Shown here: piece after piece, positions 41,010-53,578 of the stretch
How positions within the stretch are numbered: position 1 is the stretch's first letter
Layout of the letters: each line of letters begins with the position of its first letter
Origin: an uncultured Spirochaetota bacterium
GTDB lineage: Bacteria; Spirochaetota; Spirochaetia; SZUA-6; Fen-1364
Assembly: GCA_963745235.1 (NCBI GenBank)
Contig: CAVUXE010000075.1
Coordinates: 1 to 64,000, forward strand
Reading direction: 5' to 3'
DNA length: 64,000 nucleotides
The notes under the pieces: generated by a model
The model's input: only the letters and a program-made list of their open reading frames with translations
What the model was told of the DNA's origin: nothing
Database searches by the model: none
Translations under genes and position numbers: made by a program

Positions 41010-43585
41010 TCACGAAGCTTCGGGGGAGGAAGGCGCGGAAGCGTACTCCTCCCCTTTTTTTTCTCCAAAGAACTCCGCCACCGCCCCCTGCACTGCCTCC
41101 GAGCCGTCGATCACCCGGGCCGTACGGGGGAGGCTTTCAAGAAAGACGGCCCCGTAGCTCCTGGTGACGATCCGGGAGTCCAGGATCAGGACTACTCCCC
41201 TGTCCGAGTGCCTCCTCATGAGCCTGCCGAACCCCTGGCGGAGGCGCACCACCGCGTCCGGCAGGGAAAGCTCTCCGAAGGGGTTGCCGCCCTTCTGCTC
41301 AATGGCGGCCATGCGCGCTTTGAGGACGGGCTCAGTGGGGACCCGGAAGGGAAGCCTGCACAGGATCACCATCTCCAGGGTTTCCCCGGGCGCATCCACT
41401 CCCTCCCAGAATGAGTCAGTCGCAAAAAGGACGCTGGAACGCTCCGCGCGGAAAGCGTCCAGCAGACGGGAGCGCTCGTCGTCCCCCTGTTTCAGAGCTC
41501 TTATTCCGCGCGAAGCGAGCAGGGGTTGCACTTCCGCGAAGGTTTCTCGAAGCAGGGAATACGAGGTGAAGAGCACAAGACCGGCGCCACCGCTTGATCC
41601 CAGTGCCCGCGCAATAAAACCGGAAAGAAACGGCTTGTAGCGCGGGGAATCCGGAGGGGGGGCATCCGTGGGCACGCCGAGAAGCACGTTTTCCCTGTAA
41701 TTGAACGGCGACGGAAAGGTCTGGAAAAGCGGTTCCCTTTCCACGGACCTGTCGAGGCCTATCCTCCCGGCCCAGAAGGAGAAGCTGCCGGACACGGTGA
41801 GAGTGGCGGAGGTAAAAACCGCAGTCCTGATGGGCTCGAATACGGCCTCTTTCATGAGGGGGCCGATGTCCAGGGGAGTGACAACGAATCGTACGCTTTC
41901 CCCCTTGATTGTCTCCAGCCAGAAAATGTCGTTCCTGCCCCGGTTCCGCCAGCCGAAACCTGTCGCACAGGTCCGCGATCCCGGAAGAGCCTGGCAAGCT
42001 GCACCTTGCAGTCCCAGACGATGTTCTGGGTCTCCTGGGGCGGGTTCTTCTCGCTGACCTTCTCCAACAGCTCGTCGAACAGCTCACCCAGCCGCCGAAT
42101 GGACCCTGCAAGCGCCGCCAGGGAAGGGCCAACCCTGTCGATGAATCCAGCCAGGCTGGAGGAGTCCAGGAGGAGAGCCGTTTCATCTCCCATGAGCTCC
42201 AGGCACACGGTATCCAGCTCCTGCGCTTCTTCCCTGATGTCGTCCACGAGCCGCGGCGCTTTGCCGGTGAGCGCGTTGCGTCCCAGCAGGCGGGAAAGTG
42301 CCGCTATGTGTCCCCGCACCCTGCCGCGCCCGCTGCCGGCCTCTCCGCCTGCCTGTGCGTCCCCGCCTCCGCGGGCTCCCCGGGCGTCCCCGCCTCCGCG
42401 GGCTCCGCGGGTGCCTCCAACGCGGCGGTGAAGCCTGCCCAGGAACCTCTGCAGCGCAAACCGGGAGAAGCTCTGGGAAAAAAAGGAGGTGGCTGCCTTC
42501 TCGATGTTGTGCGCTTCATCGAAGACCACCCGGCGAAACGGAGGAAGCACCGCCGGGTCATCGAAACCCGAGCCCGCCAGGCGAAAGGCAAGGTCTGAGA
42601 ACAGGAGATGGTGGTTGGCAACCAGGACCTGGGCGGATGATGCCTCCCGACGGGCCTTCAGCACAAAGCACCCTTCCCGGTGGCTGCACCGCAGCCCGAG
42701 GCAGGCGTCCGCCTCCGAGCACACGCGGGACCAGCTTTCCTCCGAAGGGAAGAAGGAAAGGTCTGTCCTGCTCCCCGTTTCAGTGGTCCGGGCCCACTCC
42801 CTGATGGCCAGGATCTCCGGGTCCTGCTCCTCGAAAAGGCTCAATTCGTCCAGCGCCTCGTTCAGGCGATGGAGGCACAGGTAGTTCCTGCGGCCTTTCA
42901 CGAGCACCACCTTGGGGTCCTCACCGAGGATCCGTTTGACGAGCGGGATGTCCTTGTCCATGAGCTGCTGCTGAAGGTTGATGGTGTTGGTGGACACGAC
43001 CACGCGTTCCTTGTTCCTGAGCGCCCACGAGATGGCCGGCAGAAGGTAGGCCAGCGACTTGCCCACACCCGTCCCGGCCTCTGCCGCGCACAGCTCGTCG
43101 CCGTTGAACGACTTGCAGACGAGGCGCAGCATGGCGATCTGGCTCTCTCTCTCCTCGTACAGGGGGTACAGGCGGCTCAAGGTGCCGCCCGGCGCAAGGT
43201 GCGCCGGCGAGCTGCTCCTCATCAAGGGGCGTCCTTTGATGAAGCTCCACGGGCTCCGCCACCACGTAGACGGAGTCCAGGGAGTTGTCAACGATGTAGA
43301 AGCCGATGCCCTGGTTTCCCGAGCCGCGCGGCCACGGCGAGGTCCGCGCTGCTGGGCCGCAGCCCGCCCGAAGGGTGGTTGTGGATGATGACGTCCCCGC
43401 CTCCAGATGTGCGGGGCCAGCACCGGGACTGCCTCCTCGTTGCCGCGCGCGCCCACCGTGACGGCCTCCACCCGGCCGTCCTCCCCCACCCTGCCGACAA
43501 GGAACACTTCGTTGCCGTCAGCATCCGCAATTGCTTCGCGGATCTCCTCCACCACGCGGGGGGTGAGCCGCTGGTCAGCTTTCAC
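41010..43585 (-). CDS. dinG: DinG/YoaA helicase with N-terminal JAB/RadC-like domain, frameshifted
   Basis: IIHNHPSG.LRPS.AD; EAGTGVGKS, KGR.NYLC, DEAH, SATL, FWEGVD, QGFGRL.R. Confidence 0.88.
42357..42410. repeat. 27-bp tandem repeat (two copies) encoding a Gly/Arg linker
   Basis: GCGTCCCCGCCTCCGCGGGCTCC(C/G)CGG repeated twice. Confidence 0.8.
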
Positions 43586-44408
43586 CGCTCCCGCCTCCTG
43601 GCCCGGCGGCCTGCAGCCTCTCGATTGTGCCGGCCAGGAGCGCGGCGAACCTCGGTTCCGCCTCCTTCCCCGCGCGGATGACTTCCGCGTGGTCCAGGGG
43701 CTGGTCCATGATGCCCGCGGCCATGTTCGTGACGCAGGAGATCCCCAGCACTCTCATCCCCAGGTAGCCGGCGGCAATCACCTCCGGCACGGTGGACATC
43801 CCCACCAGGTCAACGCCGATGGCCGACAACATCCGTATCTCCGCCGGCGTCTCGTACGAAGGCCCCGCGAAGGCGGCGTACACCCCCTCCTGCAAGGGCA
43901 CGGCGGAGGCGGACCTGGCCAGCGCGCGGAGCTCCGGGGTGTAGACCGAGCTCATGTCTGGAAACCGGGGACCAAGGTCGGGATTCGGGCCGCGCAGCGG
44001 ATTCACTCCCTGGAGGTTGACGTGGTCCTTGATGAGGACAAGCTCCCCGGGGAAAAAGACCTGTTCACCCCGCCGGCGGCGTTCGTGACGATGAGAGTTC
44101 GCACCCCCAGCCGGGCAAGGAGAAACACGGGCAGGACGACGTCGTCCATGGAGTGGCCTTCGTAGTAGTGGATGCGGCCCGCCATGACCGCCACGCGTTT
44201 TCCCACCTTGAAGAGCCCTGCATGTCCGAAAACCGTGGGTTTCGGGAGACCACGAATGGAGCTGAACGGCACGGTGTCACCGGCCACGGTCCCGGCGAAT
44301 GCGCCGAGGCCTGAGCCAAGGATGACCCCGACTCCGGGCCCGACTCTCGGTGCCGGCCGCCAGCGACTGCCACGCCGCTTCAAGCCGTGCCGCAAAATCA
44401 GCATTCAC
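43575..44408 (-). CDS. punA: Purine nucleoside phosphorylase, frameshifted
   Basis: ILGSGLG, GRIHYYEG, TNAAGG, GPSYETPAE, GMSTVPE, TNMAAG. Confidence 0.9.
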
Positions 44409-44421
44409 AGAGAACCTCCTT

Positions 44422-45397
44422 CTACTCCAGTGAGCGCAGCAGCTCGTCAGGACTTCGATAGAAACCCGCACCCGCCACGCGGCCCGCCTTCTGCGCAACC
44501 CGCCAGTTCCAGACAAGGCGTTGTCCCGCGGAAGATGCGATCTCCACCAGCCGTCGGTTCAGGTGGGCCGCCTCGGTCTGCCGGCCCCTCAGGCAGGCCT
44601 GGAGAACGCTGTTGTACGCCCGATCCGGGCAGGTCCCGGGTGACGTCAAACGATGATGGCTTTTTCTCCAGTCTGCCAAGCAGCTCGCTCGGATCCATGA
44701 GGGGAAGCGCCGCCAGGGCAAGGCCCGCCTTTTCCATGGTCAGAAAACCCTCCCGGAGCAGTTCCTTCGCAAGCTCTCTCCCCGCGGGCACGGCAAGGAA
44801 TGCCGGGAGCGTGAGATTGCAGAGCGCCACGGGCAGGAAGAGAAGCTGGTAGAGAAAAAAGGAGCTCATGAACGGGAGGGCGTCCTCAACCTCCAGGACC
44901 TTGAAGCCATAGGCGCCGAGCGCCCCGAAGAGTCTTTGACAGTCGGGATGGCTTTCCACCAGCAGCGTGGACTCTGAGGCCGAAAGCTCCACGTCCCCTT
45001 CCTGCAGCTTCACCGCGGAGGTCAAAGTCAGGCCCAGGCGCGTCCGCTCCGGTGGCAGGGCGAGACGTTGGACCTCCGCCGGATCGCAATTGAAAAGGAA
45101 CACCGGTCCCTCACCGGCGGTCACGCGCGTGAAGTCCGGCCGCCGCATGGCACGAAGGTGATGCCTGCCCAGCGTGACGAGGCAGGCGTCAGCGCCCGTC
45201 TTCCCGGTGGCGGAGCCGCTGCGTTGGTAACGCAGGCCGTCCACCGCGAGCCACCCTGCCGGGTGGCTGATGCGAACAGGCCGGGTGGGCTGCGCGGGTG
45301 TGCCGCGGCCGACAAGAGTCACCTCATGTCCGCACATCTGCAGGAGGCCGCCCAGCATCGTTCCTATGGCTCCGGGTCCGAGGACGGAAACTTGCAT
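44422..45397 (-). CDS. Ketopantoate reductase-like protein, frameshift near 44620
   Basis: VSVLGPGAIG.MLG..L...GHEVTLVGR; C-terminal SVLQA.LRGRQTE...LN. Confidence 0.65.
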
Positions 45398-45486
45398 GAT
45401 CGTGAGGCGGATTATATCAATCTGCCAACGTTGACAGAAGCTCGCCAAAAATGGTAGCTGTCGACAATTACGGAGCACACGAGCGC

Positions 45487-46830
45487 ATGATCGTTCTCAA
45501 GTTCGGCGGAACTTCCGTGCAGAACGCGGAGATGATGGACACAGACCCTCAAGATCGCGCGAGAGCCAGATCGAGCGCGGGCCGGTCCTCGTCTCCTCCG
45601 CCATGTCCAAGGTGACGGACCAGCTCCAGGAGATCGCAAAGCTCCTGGGCGGCGGGAAGGAAGCGGAGGCGGAAGCAATCCTCTGCGCCATCAAGGAGCG
45701 GCACCTTGCGTGCGCCCGCGCTTTCCTCACGCAGAAGAACCTCGACGCCTGCTGAATCGGACATCGCTGCCGTGGTGGGCGAGCTGCGCGCATTCATCAA
45801 GGCGCTGTCCATGCTGAAGGAATGGTCAAAGCGCAGCAACGACGCCGTCTTGTCCTTCGGGGAGCGGCTGTCCACCATCATCCTCCTTCACCGGGCGCGA
45901 GAGACGGGAATGACGGCCACGCTGTACGATTCTCGCGAGCTGGTGAAAACGGATGACACCTTCACCTCCGCCGCGCCCATCGAGGACCTGACGAACAAGC
46001 TCATCAGCTCCCGCGTGGAAGCCGCGCCGGGGGTGCTGTGCATCCTCCAGGGGTTCATCGGCTCCACCACCAGCGGCGCCACCACCACCCTGGGCCGCGG
46101 GCGGGTCGGATTACACGGCAACCATCGTGGGCGCGGCCCTGCGCGCGGAGGAGGTCCAGATCTGGACGGACGTGACCGGGATCATGACCTCGGATCCCCG
46201 GATCGTGAAGAACGCCCGGACCATCCCGCAGATCAGCTACCGGGAGGCGGCGGAGCTGGCCTACTTCGGCGCCAAGGTGATCCACCCCTCCACCATCCAG
46301 CCCGCCGTCAACCTCGGGATTCCCGTCTGGGTGAAGAACACGTTCCGACCCGAGGACCAGGGCACGAAGATCATCCCCAGCCCCGCAGGCAACGGCCTGA
46401 AGGCCATCGCCTGCAAGAAGGGCATCACGCTCGTGAACATCAACTCCTCCCGCATGCTGTTTGCCTACGGCTTCCTGCGGCGGATCTTCGAGATATTCGA
46501 GAAGTACCAGACACCCGTCGACCTGATCACCACCTCGGAGGTTTCCGTGTCGGTGACCATCGACAACCCGGCGGCGGTGAACAACATCGCCCGAGACCTC
46601 TCGGAGATCGGGACGGTAGGGGTGGAGTCGGACAAGGCCATCATCTGCCTGGTCGGCTGGACCTGTGGAAGGATACCGCCTTCCTGGCCCGGGTGTTCGG
46701 ATGCATCAAGAAGACGCCCTTGCGCATCATCTCCCTGGGCGCATCCGACATCAACCTTTCCCTCGTGGTGGCGGCCGAGGATACGGAGGACTCGGTGAGG
46801 AGGCTGCACACCGAGTTCTTCGAGGGCTGA
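45487..46830 (+). CDS. lysC: Aspartate kinase, frameshifted
   Basis: MIVLKFGGTSV, SFGERLS, TTLGRG, IWTDV.G, ELAYFGAKVIHP, ACT domains. Confidence 0.92.
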
Positions 46831-46840
46831 TCGGGAGCCC

Positions 46841-47688
46841 ATGGAGATCGAGTTCCTGAAGATGCAGGGATGCGGGGACGACTCGATCATCCTGAGAGCC
46901 GCGCAGCTGCCCCCGGGCGCGGATTCCCTGCTGCCGGACCTTGCGCCGCTGATCCTGGACAGAAGCTTCGGGGTGGGAGGAAATGCCCTGCTTCTCATGG
47001 GGCAGTCGGAGGACGGGGCGCTCGCCGGTCCGCGGCTTCGACCAGCAGGGGGACGAGCCGCCGCTCTCCTGTCACGCCGTGCGGTGCCTGGCCCGCTATG
47101 CCACCGACTCCGGGGCGGCGTCGGGAGATGCCTTTGTCATCCACACTCCGGACGGGCGCATCCACGTCCAGATCATAGACAGCAGCAATGTGCGGGTCGA
47201 CATGGGCATGCCCATGAGCAGCGAGACGCAGGCGGAGATCAGGGAAAGCCCGGATGGTTCGTTCACCCGGAAGTCTCCTGGTTGACGGACGCAGCCTCTC
47301 CTACACGCCCATCTCCCTGGGCAGATCGTACGCCATGTTCTTCGTTCCCAGCCTCGCGTTTCCGCTCAACAAGACCGCGCGTCGCATCTCCGAGCAGCCG
47401 GATTTTCCCGCGGGGACGGGGATCACCTTCATCAAGGTCTACAGCCGTGACGAAGTCCGCCTTCGCGTCTGGGAGGGCGGGGAGGAAAGCGATGAATGCG
47501 CCTGCGCCGCGGCGGCGCTCGTGGCATCAGTTGTGAATGGGTTCACGGATCGGGAGGTTTTCATCCACCTCAAGGGCGGAGACGTCTTTCTCCAGTGGGA
47601 AGAGTCGGACAACCACCTGTGGCTCACGGGACCCGCGGGGTATGTCTTCACCGGGACATACGATTACGAGCCCCTTGAAAAAGAGTAG
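46841..47688 (+). CDS. dapF: Diaminopimelate epimerase-like, divergent and frameshifted
   Basis: F.KMQGCGDD, DR.FGVG, VRVDMG.P, RVWE.G, LTGPA.YVFTG. Confidence 0.75.
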
Positions 47689-47691
47689 CAG

Positions 47692-48120
47692 GTGGACGGA
47701 TTCATAGATCGCCTCGCGGAGCTCCTGAAGTCGCTTTTCGGAAGCGAGGAACGAAGCACCGCCTCCCAGCGCCCCATCGATCCTGATGTCCAGGCCGCGT
47801 GGGAAGAGCTGGATGAGTACATGCGGACCGGGTCTTCGGGCGCGCGCGGCCGTTCCACCTCAGGCGGCTCCGCGGGCGCGGGCGGCGCGCACGGTGGGGC
47901 AACGTCTCCACGACGCGTGGACGAATCCCTCCGCAAGGACTACGCAAACCTTGAAGTCCCCTTCGGGGCCAGCGCGGAAGAGGTGCGCGCGTCGTACAAG
48001 CGACTGATGCTCAAGTACCACCCGGATAAGTACCCGGGAGACTCCGAGAAGCAGAAGCTCGCCCTGGAGATCGCAAAAAAGATCAATCAATCCTTCGAGC
48101 GGATCAGGACATCGAGTTGA
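47692..48120 (+). CDS. Protein with C-terminal J-domain
   Basis: Y..LEVPFGA..EEVR.SYK.L..KYHPD. Confidence 0.88.
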   Translation: MDGFIDRLAELLKSLFGSEERSTASQRPIDPDVQAAWEELDEYMRTGSSGARGRSTSGGSAGAGGAHGGATSPRRVDESLRKDYANLEVPFGASAEEVRASYKRLMLKYHPDKYPGDSEKQKLALEIAKKINQSFERIRTSS

Positions 48121-48154
48121 CACCATCCTGTTTCCCTCGTATCCTTCGCGGGAA

Positions 48155-49255
48155 ATGGAAATGGTAGTTGCGCTTACAGGCGCAGGGGTGCTTGCCCTCG
48201 TCGTCAGCACCATTGTCACGCCCATCGTGATCCGAATCTCGCACAGGCGGCAGTGGTTCGACATGCCAAACGAAAGGAAAATTCACACAAGCCCCGTCCC
48301 TCGCCTCGGCGGGATAGGGATGTTCATAGCTTTCATCGTCTCAGCGCTGGTTGTTCCAATCCTTCTGCCCCTTGTCTCCCCCGGTCCCTGGCGGCCGCTC
48401 TACGGGGTGAACTTCATCCCGGTCTTCTTCGGCTTTGCGCTGATCCATGCCCTCGGGCTGCTTGACGACTTCCATAACCTCAACGCTCTCCTGAAGTTCG
48501 TCCTGCAGATTGCCGCTGCGGCGCTGGTGACGCTGGGCGGTTTCACGGTTTCCGTGGTGAACATCCCCTCCGTCGGCGCGGTTTCCCTGGGGATCTTCGC
48601 CTGGCCCGTGACCATCTTCTGGATCATCGCCATCACGAATGCGGTGAATCTGGTTGACGGATTGGACGGTCTGGCGGGGGGCATCTCGGGCATCGCGGCG
48701 CTCGCAATGGGAGTCTTTGCCTTCATGCTGTGGTCAGGCACCCCCGCGTTGATGGCGTTTGCCTTGCTGGGGGCAATCCTCGGTTTCATGCTCTTCAACT
48801 ATCCCCCGGCGCGTATCTTCATGGGGGACTCCGGCGCGCTTTTCCTGGGGTTCACGCTCGCCGTCATTCCGCTGCTGCGGGGCCCGGGATCTACCTCCCT
48901 GGGAGACCTGCTTGCGCCGGCAACCGTGCTTGCCCTTCCCATCCTGGATGTCGTGGCGGCAATCGTGCGCCGAGTCAGGGAAAAGCTGCCGATCTACTCA
49001 CCCGACAAGGAACATATCCACCACAAGCTTCTCTCCCTGGGCCTCAAGGACACGACAATTCTTCCCATCGTCTATGCGTTCTGCGTGTATGTCGCCGGGG
49101 CCAGCGTGGTGTCCATCTTTCTCCCTCGGGGGCAGGCGCTCATTCTCTTCGGCTGCGTGTGGGCCACCGCCATCACTGCGTACGGCGTGCTCACCGGCCT
49201 CACGCAGAAACGCAAGACGATGCGGGAGGCAAGGCTGCGGGGAAGGCCCACGTAA
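48155..49255 (+). CDS. WecA/TagO polyprenyl-phosphate GlcNAc-1-P transferase
   Basis: RKIH..PVPRLGG, GLLDD, NAVNLVDGLDGLA, FMGDSG, HIHH. Confidence 0.92.
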   Translation: MEMVVALTGAGVLALVVSTIVTPIVIRISHRRQWFDMPNERKIHTSPVPRLGGIGMFIAFIVSALVVPILLPLVSPGPWRPLYGVNFIPVFFGFALIHALGLLDDFHNLNALLKFVLQIAAAALVTLGGFTVSVVNIPSVGAVSLGIFAWPVTIFWIIAITNAVNLVDGLDGLAGGISGIAALAMGVFAFMLWSGTPALMAFALLGAILGFMLFNYPPARIFMGDSGALFLGFTLAVIPLLRGPGSTSLGDLLAPATVLALPILDVVAAIVRRVREKLPIYSPDKEHIHHKLLSLGLKDTTILPIVYAFCVYVAGASVVSIFLPRGQALILFGCVWATAITAYGVLTGLTQKRKTMREARLRGRPT

Positions 49256-49312
49256 AGGGCCTCAAACCACGGTCGGCAGCGGGGAGCCAGCGCGAAGGGT
49301 CCGGCGCCCTCC

Positions 49313-51043
49313 TCAGGGTTCTTCTTCAACAGGGTCCAGCTCTTCCAGCTCCGTTGCCTCCCCTGAGCCCGCCTGGCCCATGAGCTTTTCATCCGCCCCC
49401 GGAAGCTCCTCAATGGCATCTGTTCCCTGCACGCGCCCGGGAACAGGCGGCCTGATGTCGATCTCCACGGGTGGTCTCTCCGAGGCCTCCCGCTCCTGGT
49501 TGCCGACCTCCGTCTCTCCGACTGCAGGCAGGTCCTCGGTGCGCTCAGGGCCGCTGGGGAGCCGCGTCACAATGGAGGCCACCTGTTCGACCTCTTCTTC
49601 CAGTGACTTGTTGGCGGCCGCGATTGCCTGGGTGCGCTTGACGGTGTCCGCGCCGAGCTCAAGGGCCTGCGTCAGCGCGGATTCCGTGCGGCCCGCCCCC
49701 GCCGCCGCGGTCTCCGCGAGGCTCGTTATGGACTTCAGGGCCTCCGACACGCCCGTGAGATCCCGACGCAGGGACTCAATGGTCTGAAACGAATCCCTTG
49801 CATCCGCCGCGATGCGGCGCACAGCGTCCAGCATGATCTGCGCAAGGTCGGCAATCTCGGAGGCTGAGCGCGCGCTGCGGTCCGCCAGCTTTCTCACCTG
49901 CTGGGCAACGACGGTGAACCCGCGGCCCGCCTCCCCTGCCCTCGCCGCTTCTATGGAAGCGTTGAGGGAAAGGAGCTCCGTCTGGTCCGCGACATCGCCA
50001 ATCAGCGCAACAACTTCCTCGATCCGGGAGGTGCGCTCCTCCAGCAGGCTGGTCGCGTCGATGGCGCGCTGGATGGTTTCCAGCGAAGCCTCCACGGCCA
50101 TCCCACCCGCGCGCGCGGCCGCGAGGCTGCCGTCCGCCTTCCTGGCCACGTCTCGCACGGACTGCGAGACATCCGCGAGGCCGCGGCTTGCGTCTTTGAC
50201 AATCTGCGTCTGGCCCGCAAAGGACTCCTGCACTCGAGCGGCGTTCTTTGCGACGGACGGGAAATCCACGACTATCCTTCCCGCCGCCGACCGCAGGCGA
50301 GCCGCAAGCGCCTCCAGGGAGCCGAGCTTCCTGAGCTGCGCGGCCAGCGCTCCGATCTCCCCGTTTTCCGTCACGTCGAGGGCGTCAACTGCTTCACCCT
50401 GGCCGAGACTGCCGCTGAACTCGATGAGCCGCAGCAGGTCGCGGCGAATGGAGAAAAGAGCCCAGAAGATGAAGCCGAACAGGGAGACCGCTCCGAGAAG
50501 GGCAAACGAGCCAAAGAGGATGGAAAGCGTCCTCTCCATGCCGGCCCTGGCTTGGTCCAGCCCCGCCCGGATCAGGGCAAAGTCAGAGAGCACCTTTTCG
50601 GTGGCCAGGCCGAAGGAGGCCATGGCTGTGCCGTCACCCGCGCCGTTTGCTGCCGCGGCCGCGGCGGCCTGCAGCGCGGCCGACCACGGTGTCCGGACGG
50701 CCTCCTGCAGGCTTGCCGCATCTTCCTTGAGCTTCCCCGGATACAGGATGGACCCCGTCATGGAGGAAACCGTTGTCTTCACCAGTGTGTCGATTTCCCG
50801 CGCGGAGTCGGCAATCCGGCTCACGCGTTGCCCCTTCGAGGCAGAGTCCGCTCCAGCGGCGAGCACCGCGAGGCTGACTGAGACGGCGTTCAATTCCTGT
50901 ACCGCGCGCGAAAGAGCGCCGGCATCCTTGTCCACCAGGTTGTCCGTCGCTGCCCTTGCGGCGAAGCAGACACCCAGGAGGGCAAGCGTGACTACCAGGA
51001 GCACGATTGCGCCGGCCAGCCTCCGCATGATCGACTGCTTCAT
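49313..51043 (-). CDS. Methyl-accepting chemotaxis protein
   Basis: Two TM segments; [34 protein letters not shown]. Confidence 0.9.
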   Translation of the reverse strand: MKQSIMRRLAGAIVLLVVTLALLGVCFAARAATDNLVDKDAGALSRAVQELNAVSVSLAVLAAGADSASKGQRVSRIADSAREIDTLVKTTVSSMTGSILYPGKLKEDAASLQEAVRTPWSAALQAAAAAAANGAGDGTAMASFGLATEKVLSDFALIRAGLDQARAGMERTLSILFGSFALLGAVSLFGFIFWALFSIRRDLLRLIEFSGSLGQGEAVDALDVTENGEIGALAAQLRKLGSLEALAARLRSAAGRIVVDFPSVAKNAARVQESFAGQTQIVKDASRGLADVSQSVRDVARKADGSLAAARAGGMAVEASLETIQRAIDATSLLEERTSRIEEVVALIGDVADQTELLSLNASIEAARAGEAGRGFTVVAQQVRKLADRSARSASEIADLAQIMLDAVRRIAADARDSFQTIESLRRDLTGVSEALKSITSLAETAAAGAGRTESALTQALELGADTVKRTQAIAAANKSLEEEVEQVASIVTRLPSGPERTEDLPAVGETEVGNQEREASERPPVEIDIRPPVPGRVQGTDAIEELPGADEKLMGQAGSGEATELEELDPVEEEP

Positions 51044-51068
51044 GGCGTCAACACTCGCTTGAGTCCTT

Positions 51069-52415
51069 TCATAGTCCGTACTCCTCGATCTTGCGATGAA
51101 GAGTCTTCCGCCCAATGCCGAGGATTTCCGCGGTCCGGCTCTTGTTGCCGCCCTCCCTGCCCAGGGTGGTGCGGATCACTTCCTTTTCCACGTCCGCAAG
51201 CGTGGACCCGACAGGCACGCGAAGGTAGTCGTCCGCCCCCGTGTCCCCGCGCACGTTGGGCGGGAGGTCTTCCAGCGTGATCATGGAGCCCTTGCAGAGC
51301 ACCACCGCGCTCTCCAGGGAGTTGCGCAGCTGCCTGACATTCCCGGGCCACGAGTAGTTGTACAGGGCCAGCCTCGCCTTGGGGTCAATGCCTTCGATGT
51401 TCTTCCCGTTTTCCTGGCTGAACTCCTTGAGAAACGATGCGGCCAGGAGAGGGATATCCTCTTTGCGCTCCCGCAGCGGCGGGATGTGGATGTTGACCAC
51501 GTTGAGCCTGTAGTAGAGGTCCTCCCGGAAGGAGCCGCCGGCTATTGCCGCCTTGAGGTCCCTGTTGGTGGCGGCAATCACGCGGACGTCCACCTCGATT
51601 GTCTCCTCCCCGCCGACCCGCTCGAACTTCTTGTCCTCCAGGACGCGCAGGAGCTTGATCTGCACGTTCTGGTTGATCTCCCCGATCTCATCCAGAAACA
51701 GGGTGCCCATGTGCGCCAGCTCGAACCTGCCCCTCTTTCTCATGATGGCGCCGGTAAAAGCCCCCTTCTCGTGCCCGAACAGCTCGCTTTCCAGCAGCGT
51801 CTCGGAGAGGGCCGCGCAGTGGACCTTGATGAACGGCTTGTCCTTTCGCGGAGAGTTGTAGTGAAGGGCCTCGGCAATCATCTCTTTCCCCGAGCCGCTC
51901 TCCCCCGTGATGAGCACGGAGGACCGCGAGGGGGCCACTTGCCGGACCATCTCGAAGACCTGCTTCATCTCCGCGCTCTTGCCGATGATGCTGGCGAACT
52001 GGCTCCTGCGCTCCAGCTCCTCCTGCATGGCGCGGTTCTGCAGGGCGAGCTCCCGGTTTCCCAGCGCGCGCTTTGCCATGAGGGAAAGGCGGTCCAGGTT
52101 CACCGGCTTCGTCAGGAAGTCATAGGCTCCGTCATGCATTGCCTGCACGGCGGACTCTATGGTGCCGTGACCGGTGAGGATGATCACGGGCACGGTGGGG
52201 AATTGCGAGGAGATGTTTCGCAGGAGGTCCTCTCCCGACATGTGCGGCATCTTGAGGTCAGTGATCACGAGGTCAATGTCCCCCTTGCTGACCGCGTCCC
52301 AGGCTTCCTTTCCATCCGCGGCAAGGACGACGTCGTAGCCGTCCAGCGCCAGCGCTTCCCGCAGCCCCTCGCGGATGTTCTTTTCATCGTCAGCAACGAG
52401 GATGGTGAGCTTCAT
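51069..52415 (-). CDS. NtrC-family sigma54 activator (Rrp2-like)
   Basis: REC (DDE, DLKMP), [23 protein letters not shown], Fis HTH. Confidence 0.95.
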   Translation of the reverse strand: MKLTILVADDEKNIREGLREALALDGYDVVLAADGKEAWDAVSKGDIDLVITDLKMPHMSGEDLLRNISSQFPTVPVIILTGHGTIESAVQAMHDGAYDFLTKPVNLDRLSLMAKRALGNRELALQNRAMQEELERRSQFASIIGKSAEMKQVFEMVRQVAPSRSSVLITGESGSGKEMIAEALHYNSPRKDKPFIKVHCAALSETLLESELFGHEKGAFTGAIMRKRGRFELAHMGTLFLDEIGEINQNVQIKLLRVLEDKKFERVGGEETIEVDVRVIAATNRDLKAAIAGGSFREDLYYRLNVVNIHIPPLRERKEDIPLLAASFLKEFSQENGKNIEGIDPKARLALYNYSWPGNVRQLRNSLESAVVLCKGSMITLEDLPPNVRGDTGADDYLRVPVGSTLADVEKEVIRTTLGREGGNKSRTAEILGIGRKTLHRKIEEYGL

Positions 52416-53578
52416 TGCGCCTCTCCCTTGTAGTCGATGAGGATCTTCTCCTTCTGGGGCACCGGCAGGGAGATGGTGACGGTGGTCCCTTCCCCCTCGC
52501 GGGAAGTCACCGAGATGTCGCCAAAGTGCTCCTTCACGATCTTGAACACGATGGTCAGCCCGAGCCCGGTGCCGAACGCCTTCGTGGTGAAGTACGGCTC
52601 GAAGATCTTGTCCATGATGGACTCGGGAATGCCGATGCCCGTGTCTGAGATCCGCACGAGGGCCTCGTTTCCCGAGCGGCGGGTCTCAATGCGAAGGACC
52701 CCTCCGTCAGGCATGGCAGCCACGGCATTCTTGATGAGGTTCAGAAGAGCCTGCTTGATGAACCGCGAGTCGATGCGCAGGATGGGAACGGCCGCGGAGA
52801 GGCTGGACTCCACCTTCACCCCGGCCTGGTCAAGCTCCGGGCGGACGAACTCCAGGAGCTCGCCCATGACAGCGTTGATGTCGCCGTCCTCCAGGTGCGT
52901 GTCCATGGGTTTCACGGCAAAGAGGAAGTCAACGACAATGCGGTTGAGCCTGTCCACCTCCTCCCCGATCACCGCCAGGTGCTGCGCAATATCCTTCTGG
53001 TCGATGCACTCCCTGCCCGCGATCTTTTTCTGGATCAGCTGGAGATGGATCCCCATGGACCCCAGGGGGTTCTTGATCTCGTGAGCCACCCCGGCGGCCA
53101 GCGTGGTGAGAGATGCCAGGCTCTCCGCCCGGCGCAGCCTCGCCTCCTTGGAACGCTTCTCCGTCACGTCCTCGATGTGCACCACGTTGCCCTGGACCGT
53201 TCCCTCGCTGACCAGGGGCAGGATGCTCACGGAAACGATGCGGGGGGAGCCGTTTCCCAGGGTGAACTCCCGGTCGGAAACCTTCTCCTGGCCGCTCAGC
53301 TTCGCGGAAAAGAACTCCGACAGGTCCCTGTCCGCAAGGCTCTCCCACAACGGCCTGTTGGCCAGGTCATCCCCCTCGAAGGGGAAGAGCCTTTCCGCCG
53401 CCTTGTTGTGAAGCATGAGTCGATGGTCCCGGTCGGTGACGACAATCCCGTCCGTCATGGAATCCAGCAGCATGCCCAGAAGGTCGTTTTCCTCCGAGAC
53501 CCTCACGATGAGGGCGCGAATCTGGGCTGTATCCATCTTGCCCAGCCTGTCGAGCGCCTTCTGGATGAACTTCCTCAT
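52412..53578 (-). CDS. Cytoplasmic PAS histidine kinase (Hk2-like)
   Basis: PAS region, AHEIKNPL, NLIKNA, DTG.GI, GTGLGL; no TM segment. Confidence 0.92.
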   Translation of the reverse strand: MRKFIQKALDRLGKMDTAQIRALIVRVSEENDLLGMLLDSMTDGIVVTDRDHRLMLHNKAAERLFPFEGDDLANRPLWESLADRDLSEFFSAKLSGQEKVSDREFTLGNGSPRIVSVSILPLVSEGTVQGNVVHIEDVTEKRSKEARLRRAESLASLTTLAAGVAHEIKNPLGSMGIHLQLIQKKIAGRECIDQKDIAQHLAVIGEEVDRLNRIVVDFLFAVKPMDTHLEDGDINAVMGELLEFVRPELDQAGVKVESSLSAAVPILRIDSRFIKQALLNLIKNAVAAMPDGGVLRIETRRSGNEALVRISDTGIGIPESIMDKIFEPYFTTKAFGTGLGLTIVFKIVKEHFGDISVTSREGEGTTVTISLPVPQKEKILIDYKGEAQ

